Shown here piece after piece: positions 15,684 to 22,989 of a DNA stretch of 24,000 bases. A program made the translations under genes and the position numbers. The stretch lies in assembly GCA_964539095.1 (NCBI GenBank), contig CAZIFL010000034.1:8218-32217 (forward strand). The letters are read 5' to 3'. Every line of letters starts with the position of its first letter. Within the stretch, counting starts at the first letter, position 1. The notes beneath the pieces are model-generated. The model made no database searches, was not told the origin of the DNA, and worked only from the letters and a program-made list of their open reading frames with translations. This DNA is from an uncultured Synergistaceae bacterium. GTDB lineage: Bacteria > Synergistota > Synergistia > Synergistales > Aminiphilaceae.

Positions 15684-16270
15684 TGCGTTTCGATCTTCGC
15701 CCCGAAGAGTATAAAAATAACAAGGGGAAGAGCGCTAAAGGCGGCAAAAGCAGAGATCTTCTCGGGGTTCTCTTTGTCTTTCTTATGATTCTTCTCGTGG
15801 GGGCGAGCGCTCTCTCTCTCGGCTACTCCTGGCTTCGCCTCCGGGAGCAGCAGGATCTTCTGCAGGTTCATCAAGAGAGCCTTCAGGTGCTGGAGCGTCA
15901 GGCGAGGGCTCTGAAAACGGAGCTTACCCGCCTTCAGGAAGAAGAAAAGGAATATCAGGCTATTCTGGGGCTTCTCAAGGGGGAGCTTCCCTCGCTGGAG
16001 GTTCTGGCGGCGCTGGAGGGTTCTCTCCCCGCTCGGGTATGGCTCACCTCTTTAAGCATCTCTAAAAATGCGGTCTCCATGGAGGGAGAGGCCTATTCCG
16101 AGGCCGATGTGGTAGAGTTTGGCAATAATCTCGGCGAGGCGAGCATCATCCGGAGCGTGGTGGTTCCCAAGGTGGGGCGCTCCCGGGGAAATTCCAAAAC
16201 GGTATCCTTCGTGCTTGACTGTACGTTACACGATATCACCGAGGTTACTCTTTCCAAGGAGGGATCGTGA
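15680..16270 (+). CDS. pilN: Type IV pilus assembly protein PilN
   Basis: Internal ATG at 15680 of ORF 15593..16270. It has a short cytoplasmic N-terminus MMRFDLRPEEY (INLLP-type PilM-binding peptide analogue), one TM helix (LLGVLFVFLMILLVGASALSLG), a coiled coil and a C-terminal alpha/beta domain. Gene order supports the call. Confidence 0.75.
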   Translation: MMRFDLRPEEYKNNKGKSAKGGKSRDLLGVLFVFLMILLVGASALSLGYSWLRLREQQDLLQVHQESLQVLERQARALKTELTRLQEEEKEYQAILGLLKGELPSLEVLAALEGSLPARVWLTSLSISKNAVSMEGEAYSEADVVEFGNNLGEASIIRSVVVPKVGRSRGNSKTVSFVLDCTLHDITEVTLSKEGS

Positions 16271-16271
16271 T

Positions 16272-16802
16272 ATGGCCTTCGACTTTCTTCGGTCCGAATC
16301 CTTTCAAAAAACACTCTTTTCTCTGCTGATTTTTGCCTTTGTGGCGGGTGTGGGGGGTGGACACTACTATCTTTTTACCACGCTCCAGAGCGTGCAGAAA
16401 CGGCAGGAGAGCGTGCAGCGTCAGGAGCAGAGCGTAAAACAGGCTGTAAAAACCGACGAAGCCCTTCTACAGATCTATAAGCGCACTCTCTCAAGCCTCT
16501 CCCGCCAGCCTGTGGCGTTTCCCCAGGACCAGGTGGCTTTTCTCTCTAACGTAGAGAAACAGCTTACCGAGGTTGGGGTAGAGAAGGTGAGCATTACATC
16601 CACCCGTGTGAATACCGGGGGGATGCTTACCGCCACGGTGCAGTTCACCGGTCCCTATTACCAGGTGCTGGAGGGGATAGCGGGGTGGCGTACCATGGAG
16701 GAGATCGTGCGTATGCAGTCGCTCTCCGTAAAGTTTGAGGCCTCCGGGCGCATCTCCGGAACCACTCTTCTGGAGACCCGGGTACGAGGGGAGGGACAGT
16801 GA
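16272..16802 (+). CDS. pilO: Type IV pilus assembly protein PilO-like
   Basis: The ATG at 16272 is 1 nt after the pilN stop. It has a TM helix (LFSLLIFAFVAGVGGGHYYLF), a coiled-coil segment (LQSVQKRQESVQRQEQSVKQ) and a C-terminal domain. The call rests on architecture and position. Confidence 0.65.
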   Translation: MAFDFLRSESFQKTLFSLLIFAFVAGVGGGHYYLFTTLQSVQKRQESVQRQEQSVKQAVKTDEALLQIYKRTLSSLSRQPVAFPQDQVAFLSNVEKQLTEVGVEKVSITSTRVNTGGMLTATVQFTGPYYQVLEGIAGWRTMEEIVRMQSLSVKFEASGRISGTTLLETRVRGEGQ

Positions 16803-17395
16803 TGTTCCGTGGAATGGCTGCGCAGTCCCGAAACCTCTGGGGGTGGCTCCGGGGGGATCGTTCGGTTCAAAGAGTTGTTCTGCTTGGCGTTTTTCTCCTT
16901 GTGATCGGGGCGACGGTGTTGCAGGGATATTATTTTTATCTCCTCTACAGCGCCAGAAGGGCGAATCCCCCCCTGAGGAGAGATCTTCCCGTGAACATTG
17001 CCGCCGAAGAGACGCGGCTCCAGCAGACGGATCGCGATTTCCGGCAGATCATGCTCTACCGGAAACACAGCCGGGAGTATGCCCGGGTGATTCTCGCCAT
17101 CTCACGGGAGCCCTACAAGGCTGATCTCCCCAAACAGAGCACCCCCTCTTCCCGGAGTATTCCCGAGACGCAGGTGCCGGAGATTCTCCCCCCCTACATG
17201 ACCGTTCGGGCGATCTTCATTGTGGGGAACAGACGAACTGCCCTCATGGATATTGAGAGCGAGGGCGGGGGTATCATAGTGGAGGAGGGACATTCCTTCG
17301 GAGGCGGGCTCGGCAAGGTCCTTAAGATTTCCGGAAACGGGGTGGTGGTACAATGGTCCAGGGAAAAGATCACCCTTCCCCTGCTGCTACAGTAG
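16799..17395 (+). CDS. PilP-like / GspC-HR-like inner-membrane-anchored pilus alignment protein
   Basis: A GTGATG junction overlaps the pilO stop, and GAGGGGAGGGA lies upstream. It has an N-terminal TM anchor (VVLLGVFLLVIGATVLQGYYFYLLY) and no lipobox. The C-terminal beta segment MTVRAIFIVGNRRTALMDIESEGGGIIVEEGHSFGGGLGKVLKISGNGVVVQW resembles the PilP/GspC secretin-binding domain. Confidence 0.5.
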   Translation: MMFRGMAAQSRNLWGWLRGDRSVQRVVLLGVFLLVIGATVLQGYYFYLLYSARRANPPLRRDLPVNIAAEETRLQQTDRDFRQIMLYRKHSREYARVILAISREPYKADLPKQSTPSSRSIPETQVPEILPPYMTVRAIFIVGNRRTALMDIESEGGGIIVEEGHSFGGGLGKVLKISGNGVVVQWSREKITLPLLLQ

Positions 17396-17409
17396 AAGGA
17401 GGAAGAGCT

Positions 17410-19143
17410 ATGGATCGGTTTATGCGGATTATGGGGTTGTTTTTTATGGGAGCAGTCCTTTTGCTTGGTACCGGAACCGTTTCAGCAGAGGGGGCAGACC
17501 CCCTTCTTGACATGCCCGTTCTGGGAGGTCTTACGGTGCATCAGGTGGGAGATGGCCTGGTTTCGGTGGAGATCACCGGAACATCCCTCCCCCGCCCGGA
17601 GCTGCGCCGGGAGCGCCCTAACGAATTGGAATTCTTTTTTTATAATGTGTCTCTCCCTTCAGGGCGATGGGAGAAGGACTACCGTCTTCCCCTGCTTCGG
17701 CGGATTACCATTGATCAGGAGGCCCGGGGGCTCGTTATGCGCATCGAGACCGAGGACGCACTGTTACTCAAGAACCTTCGGGGAACCCCGCCGGCGAACA
17801 AGCTGGTGCTGGAACTCTCGCTGAAGAACCGGGCATCCTCGACGGTAGCTCCCGTTGCCCCTCCCCAGCAGGCGTACTCCTCTCTTGATCCCCTGGCAAA
17901 CCGTACCCCTGTAACGCTTGAGCTTCAGGGGGCAGATCTGCGGGATGTCTTCCGGATGCTTGCAAAGACCATGAACATGAACGTCATTCTTGATCCCTCT
18001 ACTCCGGATACACCGGTAACGCTCAGCCTTAAGCATGTTCCTCTCCGGGACGCCTTTTCCTACCTTATGCGCATGTACGATATCCGGTATGCGGTGATGG
18101 GACAGACGCTTCTCATCGGTCGGGATACCGATCTTGCCCGCACTCTGGGCAAAGAAGTTACCCGGAGCTACCGGGTGGCCTACGGAAATCCCACAGCGAT
18201 TGCAGCCATGCTCAAGGAGCTTGCCAGAGTAGAGCGAATCACTGTGGATGAACGGCTTCGAGAACTCTACGTTACCGCCTCTCCCACGAAGCTCTTCGAG
18301 GTGGAGCGGATTCTTCAGAAGGTGGATCATCCGGGAAAACAGGTGATGATCCAGGCCCGTATTGTGGAGACCAAAAACGATAACAGCGACTCTCTTGAGG
18401 CGGTCATTGCGGGGGTCTACAAGCATTGGCACTTCGCCTACGGTGCCGGAGGAGCGACTCTGGGCTACATTGACACCAATCTCTGGAAAGAGTACGATCC
18501 CGATAAGGATGGGGAGGGGGTCATCCCTATCCCCGATGGCGTGAATGTGGATAATATCACCACCAACACCATGCGGATGCTTGATGCGGGGCTGAACTCC
18601 CTGGTGAAGGCCGATAAGGGGGAGGTGCTTGCCCGGCCTTCGGTGATTACCGTGGCGGGGGAGAAGGCATCTATCAAGCTTACCACCCAGACCAAGTACA
18701 TCTCTGGAAAGGACGAGGCGGGAAATCCCACCTACGGTGATGTGGAGGCGGGGCCTACCCTGGAATTTCTCCCCACCATCGGCCGTGAGAACATGATCAA
18801 TCTGGAGATTAAAGTTTCTACGGGGAGCGTCACTTTCAAACAGAGCGGCTCCGCCCTCTTTCCCGAAAAATCTTCCCGTGAGGTAGATACGCGGATTCGG
18901 GTGCGTAACGGAGAGCCCTTCGTCATCGGAGGCCTTTTCTCTCATAACAAATCCGAAAACGAGACGAAATTTCCCATCCTCGGGGATCTTCCTCTTCTGG
19001 GGGAGATCTTCCGGTGGCGCACCAAGAGCGATACGGTTACCGAGGTGGCCATTATCGTGGTTCCCTATGTGCTTGATATTCCGGAGGGCCCCGTGGAGAA
19101 TGAGACTGTTTTCCAGAACGAACTGGTAATGCAGGGCTATTAG
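17410..19143 (+). CDS. pilQ: Type IV pilus secretin PilQ
   Basis: The ATG at 17410 follows GAAGGAGGAAGA. Signal peptide: MDRFMRIMGLFFMGAVLLLGTGTVSA|EG. It has an AMIN-like N-domain, a secretin N-domain (VTLELQGADLRDVFRMLAKTMNMNVILDP...VTLSLKHVPLRDAFSYLM) and a C-terminal secretin domain (VRNGEPFVIGGLF...KFPILGDLPLLGEIFRWRTKSDTVTEVAIIVVPYVL). Confidence 0.9.
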   Translation: MDRFMRIMGLFFMGAVLLLGTGTVSAEGADPLLDMPVLGGLTVHQVGDGLVSVEITGTSLPRPELRRERPNELEFFFYNVSLPSGRWEKDYRLPLLRRITIDQEARGLVMRIETEDALLLKNLRGTPPANKLVLELSLKNRASSTVAPVAPPQQAYSSLDPLANRTPVTLELQGADLRDVFRMLAKTMNMNVILDPSTPDTPVTLSLKHVPLRDAFSYLMRMYDIRYAVMGQTLLIGRDTDLARTLGKEVTRSYRVAYGNPTAIAAMLKELARVERITVDERLRELYVTASPTKLFEVERILQKVDHPGKQVMIQARIVETKNDNSDSLEAVIAGVYKHWHFAYGAGGATLGYIDTNLWKEYDPDKDGEGVIPIPDGVNVDNITTNTMRMLDAGLNSLVKADKGEVLARPSVITVAGEKASIKLTTQTKYISGKDEAGNPTYGDVEAGPTLEFLPTIGRENMINLEIKVSTGSVTFKQSGSALFPEKSSREVDTRIRVRNGEPFVIGGLFSHNKSENETKFPILGDLPLLGEIFRWRTKSDTVTEVAIIVVPYVLDIPEGPVENETVFQNELVMQGY

Positions 19144-19144
19144 C

Positions 19145-19153
19145 TGGTATAAT
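19145..19153 (+). promoter_or_regulatory. Candidate extended -10 promoter (TGgTATAAT) upstream of efp
   Basis: TGGTATAAT lies at 19145-19153, 2 nt after the pilQ stop and about 40 nt upstream of the efp ATG. I found no convincing -35. Confidence 0.35.
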
Positions 19154-19194
19154 GAGGGGCACTATTTTTTATCGAAGAAGGAGCGGGTTGTAGC

Positions 19195-19770
19195 ATGGCT
19201 CAGGTAGTGGATACAAGCGATTTTCATTCAGGTATGAAAATTCGATGGCAGGATGGCATATGGGAGATCCTTGATTGCCAGCATCATAAGATGGGGCGTG
19301 GTGGTGCCATCGTAAAGACCAAGCTCCGCAATCTTATCGCCGGCTCTATTGTGGAGAACTCCTTCCGCTCCGGGGAGCGTTTCGAGCGGATCGTCTTCGA
19401 AGAGAAGCCCGCCCAGTACCTCTATCAGGACGGGGACAGCTATATCTTCATGGACATGGAGAGCTACGACCAGCTTTATATCCCCGGGGACGTTCTTGGG
19501 GATGCGGTACATTATCTTACGGACAATCTCGAAGTGGGGCTCCAGATCTTCGAGGGGCGTATCATGGATTTGAGCCTTCCCAAGTCCGTAGAGCTTCAGG
19601 TGGTGGAGACGGACCCGGGGTTCAAGGGGGATACCGTTTCTGGGGGCGGTAAGCCTGCCACACTGGAGACCGGGTTTACCGTGACGGTTCCCATGTTTAT
19701 TAATGTGGGGGAGCGGGTTGTCGTGGATACCCGTACCGGGGAGTATTTGGAAAGAGTTAAGAAGGGGTAG
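19195..19770 (+). CDS. efp: Elongation factor P
   Basis: Full-length EF-P similarity, including the C-terminal motifs VVETDPGFKGDTVSGGGKPATLETG and VVDTRTGEYLERV. The loop is HHKMGRGGAIVKTKLRNL. RBS AAGGAG. Confidence 0.95.
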   Translation: MAQVVDTSDFHSGMKIRWQDGIWEILDCQHHKMGRGGAIVKTKLRNLIAGSIVENSFRSGERFERIVFEEKPAQYLYQDGDSYIFMDMESYDQLYIPGDVLGDAVHYLTDNLEVGLQIFEGRIMDLSLPKSVELQVVETDPGFKGDTVSGGGKPATLETGFTVTVPMFINVGERVVVDTRTGEYLERVKKG

Positions 19771-19774
19771 TTTT

Positions 19775-20071
19775 TTGAAAGCCTTTACTATCGGAGAGAA
19801 TGCGAAGCCGGAGCTGAAGGTCCTGGCGGAACGCCTGGAAGAGCTTTCCTTCTCTCCGGAGCAGAGGGCGTGGTTGCGGGATCTGCTGGTTTGTCTCGGG
19901 GGAGAGCGTTTTTCCGAAGATTTCCCGACGAAAGAGGCGTACGAGCTTTTCCTTTGCGCTTCTTGCGGAGAACAGTTCTTTTTTCTGCGAGAGGCGTACG
20001 GTCCTGAAGATACTCTTTTGTGTCCAGAATGCGGGGAAGTCTATTCCATGCCTCCGAAAAGAGGATCTTAA
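19775..20071 (+). CDS. Small hypothetical protein with a C-terminal CxxC...CxxC zinc-ribbon
   Basis: The in-frame TTG at 19775 lies 7 nt after GAAGGGG and immediately after the efp stop. The earlier part of ORF 19703..20071 overlaps efp. Zinc-ribbon: CASCGEQ-(19 aa)-CPECGE. I recognise no family. Confidence 0.5.
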   Translation: MKAFTIGENAKPELKVLAERLEELSFSPEQRAWLRDLLVCLGGERFSEDFPTKEAYELFLCASCGEQFFFLREAYGPEDTLLCPECGEVYSMPPKRGS

Positions 20072-20101
20072 GGAATAGCCCCCGGAAAGGAGGTTCTTGG
20101 T

Positions 20102-20668
20102 GTGACGGAACAGGATAAGGTTTTTGAGAAAAAAGGTGCGGCAGGCGATTTCGAGGTGAACGAAGGAGGGGGGGCATCCCCTCAGAAGGCTGCCCCCTCC
20201 TCTGCGGAGGGGAAAGGGCTTGCTGAGGGAGAGGTGAAGATCTCCGAAGAGGTGATCCTCCAGTTGGCGGGTCAGGCTCTTCACTCCCTTGAGGGGGTGC
20301 GCCCCGCAGGGGGGAGCGCTCTTGCCTCTTTCGGGCTGGGGAGAAAAACCTCTGGAGGGGTGCGTGTAAACGTGGATGACGGTACCCCCCCCACCATCAT
20401 GGTGGATACGTACATCTCCGTTAAATATGGTTTGCGTATTCCCGATGTGGCTTGGGAGGTGCAGGAAGCAGTAAAGATGCATCTCGAAAAGTTCACGGGA
20501 TACCGGGTTAAGTATGTGAATGTCTTTATTCAGGGTATCCATCTTCACGAAGCTCTTGAAAAGGTCGAAGAGCCCGCGGATGAAAAGGTTGAAAAGGTTG
20601 AGCCTCTGCGTCAAGAGGTTGTGCAGCCCCAGCCTTCCGTGGAAACTCTGGAGGAAAAGGCCGAGTAG
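20102..20668 (+). CDS. asp23: Asp23/Gls24-family (alkaline shock) envelope stress protein
   Basis: The GTG start follows AAGGAGG. Asp23 domain pattern: KISEEVILQLAGQALHSLEGV...GVRVNVDDG...IMVDTYISVKYGLRIPDVAWEVQEAVKMHLEKFTGYRVKYVNVFIQGI. Confidence 0.85.
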   Translation: MTEQDKVFEKKGAAGDFEVNEGGGASPQKAAPSSAEGKGLAEGEVKISEEVILQLAGQALHSLEGVRPAGGSALASFGLGRKTSGGVRVNVDDGTPPTIMVDTYISVKYGLRIPDVAWEVQEAVKMHLEKFTGYRVKYVNVFIQGIHLHEALEKVEEPADEKVEKVEPLRQEVVQPQPSVETLEEKAE

Positions 20669-20726
20669 TGTGGATGAACCAGGCGAGCCGGGCCATGGTC
20701 CGGCTCTTTTGTGCGGGGTGAGACCT

Positions 20727-21212
20727 ATGTTCCTTTATTGGAAGCAAACCATGTCGGGGAAGCTGTGGGTTTCCGAAAGAAGCCTCTTTCACCTGATGGA
20801 ACACGTTCTTCCCGAGGGGTATCGGTGCGAAAATATCTCCCTTTGGGACGACCAGAATGCGCTGAACGTACAGTTGGGATATCCCGGAAGGTCTTTTCTT
20901 CGTGAGGATGATCGGTTAAACCAGGTGGCGGAGGATCTTAAACGCTTTCTTCGTCCTTTGGGATTTCGGGAAGTTTTCGTTACCTGGGGGCAGGCGGGAT
21001 CGTTCTCTTCCGGGGTGGGCAAGGAGCTGTTGCGGCATCCTCTCCTCTGGGGGGCGATTACTGCAGGGGGATCGGCTTTTTTCTTATTCGGTTTTCTTAA
21101 AACCCTCTACGCCCTTCTCTGGGGATGCCTGGGATACGGTGTTGCCCGCTTCGTTCTGGGAGAATGGGGACGCAAGACCCTCCAGCGTTGTCGGCGTTTC
21201 CTGAAGGGATGA
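20727..21212 (+). CDS. Hypothetical membrane protein: soluble N-domain plus a C-terminal TM hairpin. It may be an Asp23-associated anchor.
   Basis: The internal ATG at 20727 of ORF 20520..21212 follows the asp23 stop; the GTG at 20670 is an alternative start. The C-terminus has hydrophobic helices (LLWGAITAGGSAFFLFGFL, LYALLWGCLGYGVARFVL). In Firmicutes, membrane partners (AmaP/DUF2273) accompany asp23. No motif was recognised. Confidence 0.5.
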   Translation: MFLYWKQTMSGKLWVSERSLFHLMEHVLPEGYRCENISLWDDQNALNVQLGYPGRSFLREDDRLNQVAEDLKRFLRPLGFREVFVTWGQAGSFSSGVGKELLRHPLLWGAITAGGSAFFLFGFLKTLYALLWGCLGYGVARFVLGEWGRKTLQRCRRFLKG

Positions 21213-21219
21213 GGAGGCG

Positions 21220-21789
21220 TTGAAGAATCCCCAGCGTTCTCAAAGGCGCCGCAGGGCTCGGGAGATTGCTCTTCAGGTTCTCTACGCCCTTTCGGCGAAT
21301 CCGGATAACACCCCCGAGGCGGCTTTGGGCATGCTCCCCTGCGAGGAAGAGCCCCAGGATGTGCGGGAGTATGCCCTCTTTCTCATCAAGGGCGTCTCGG
21401 ATAACCAGGAAAAAATTGATTATTTTTTAAGGGCCTATGTGGTTAAATGGCGCCCGGAGCGGATGGTTCGGGTGGATCTTATGGCGGTTCGGCTGGCTCT
21501 TTTTGAGGGGGTTCTCTCGAAATCGGTCCCCTTGGCGGTGGCTATCTCAGAGGCCGTGGAGCTTGCCAAACTTTTCGGTACCGAGGACTCCGGCCGTTTT
21601 GTGAACGGTGTCCTTGGGAAGATTGTGCGCTTTCTTGAGGCGGAAAAGGTCTCGGAGGAGGATTACGAAGAAGACTCCGAGGAAGATTCCGAAGAGGAGG
21701 AGCAAAAGATAGCGGAAGAAGAGCCCTCCTCTTCCTCAGGAGAGGTGGAGGGTTCTTCATGGAACGAAACGCTCCCCCCCTCTCTGTAG
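21220..21789 (+). CDS. nusB: Transcription antitermination factor NusB with a long acidic C-terminal extension
   Basis: The TTG start follows GAGGAGG. Motifs: RRRAREIALQVLYAL, DLMAVRLALFE and AISEAVELAKLFGTEDSGRFVNGVLGKI. A roughly 48-aa Glu/Asp/Ser-rich tail overlaps the xseA start by 31 nt. Confidence 0.85.
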   Translation: MKNPQRSQRRRRAREIALQVLYALSANPDNTPEAALGMLPCEEEPQDVREYALFLIKGVSDNQEKIDYFLRAYVVKWRPERMVRVDLMAVRLALFEGVLSKSVPLAVAISEAVELAKLFGTEDSGRFVNGVLGKIVRFLEAEKVSEEDYEEDSEEDSEEEEQKIAEEEPSSSSGEVEGSSWNETLPPSL

Positions 21790-22985
21790 GAGAGGTTACC
21801 CGGCAGATAACGCTTCTTCTCGAAGGCTCCGATCCTCTTCAGAATCTTATCGTTCGGGGAGAGATTCGGGAGATTCACTGCCACCGCAGCGGGCATACCT
21901 ACTTTTCTCTGGGGGATCATGAGGCGGTTCTCGGGGGGGTTCTCTTCAAGGGGGATGCCTGGCGACAGGCCTATACCCCTCTTGCGGGGGAGGAAGTTTT
22001 TGTAGAGGGGCGCATCGGGGTTTATGCTCCTCGGGGCTCCTATCAGCTTTATGCGAGGCGTATTGTCCCTCTCGGCAAGGGGGCTAAGGCTCGCGCACGG
22101 GCGATGACGGAGGAAAAACTTCGTAAAGAGGGTTTTTTCGACCCCCGCATCAAGCGCCCTTTTCCTCCTTTTCCCGAACATGTGGGCATTATTACCGCCC
22201 CGGGAGGCGCCGCTGTGCGCGACGTTATGGCGGTAGCCGGACGCCGCTTTCCTCGAAGCCGCCTCTACGTAATCCCCGCTCTCGTTCAGGGGGCCGGCAC
22301 AGTTCCTAGCGTGATTCGGGCTCTCTCGGTGTTGCGATCTCTACCGGATCTTGGGGCCGCCATGCTTGTTCGGGGAGGAGGGGCAAAGGATGAACTCTCC
22401 CCTTTCGACGACGAAGAGCTGGTGCGTGCCCTGAGGCTCTCTCCGGTTCCTCTGGTGACTGGTATCGGGCATCAGCGGGATAGTTCCCTGGCGGATCTTG
22501 CGGCGGATGCCGTAGCTCCCACTCCTTCGGCGGCAGCGGAGTTTCTCTTTCCCGATCGAGAAGAGTTGCTCGCCTCTCTTGGTCAGTACGGTAAGCGTCT
22601 GGAATCACTAGGGCGACGGAAAACCGAGCGGAAAAGGCTTGAAGTGCAGCATGCGGCGAGAGTTCTCCGGGAAGGGTTTCTCCGGGGCGTGCTCTATCGC
22701 GAGATCCAAAGGGAAAAACAGCTCGAAAGACAGCTCTCTCAAGCGTGTAACCGTTCCCTGGAGGAATGGAAACGAAGGGTGGAGCGAAGGGCAGAGCGTT
22801 TGGAGGCGCAATCTCCTCAGAAAATGCTCTCCCGGGGATACGTTTTTTGTGCTTCCCCCGAGGGAGTCCCCCTGACCTCGGCGAAAAACCTTCAAGAGGG
22901 GGATACGATACATCTTTCTTTTGCGGATGGTTCTGCTACAGTTCATGTTCTTCACGTTCAAAGGAGTTCTGTCTTGGAGGGATAG
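21759..22985 (+). CDS. xseA: Exodeoxyribonuclease VII large subunit
   Basis: N-terminal OB-fold signature LSVGEVTRQITLLLE...VRGEIREIHCHRSGHTYFSLGD, catalytic core GIITAPGGAAVRDV...RGGGAKDEL and VTGIGHQRDSSLAD, and a coiled-coil C-terminus. Confidence 0.9.
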   Translation: MERNAPPLSVGEVTRQITLLLEGSDPLQNLIVRGEIREIHCHRSGHTYFSLGDHEAVLGGVLFKGDAWRQAYTPLAGEEVFVEGRIGVYAPRGSYQLYARRIVPLGKGAKARARAMTEEKLRKEGFFDPRIKRPFPPFPEHVGIITAPGGAAVRDVMAVAGRRFPRSRLYVIPALVQGAGTVPSVIRALSVLRSLPDLGAAMLVRGGGAKDELSPFDDEELVRALRLSPVPLVTGIGHQRDSSLADLAADAVAPTPSAAAEFLFPDREELLASLGQYGKRLESLGRRKTERKRLEVQHAARVLREGFLRGVLYREIQREKQLERQLSQACNRSLEEWKRRVERRAERLEAQSPQKMLSRGYVFCASPEGVPLTSAKNLQEGDTIHLSFADGSATVHVLHVQRSSVLEG

Positions 22986-22989
22986 CGTT

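Noticed and set aside
17764-18945. Long minus-strand ORFs lie antisense to well-supported genes. Examples are 17764..18945 (393 aa, opposite pilQ), 9642..10616 (opposite pilB), 2982..3962 (opposite rodZ), 19757..20614 and 12259..13059.
   Set aside because: Their translations are low-complexity (Arg/Gly/Pro/His-rich) with no recognisable motifs. Each is fully shadowed by a + strand gene with strong family signatures. Such antisense open frames are expected in GC-rich, codon-biased DNA.
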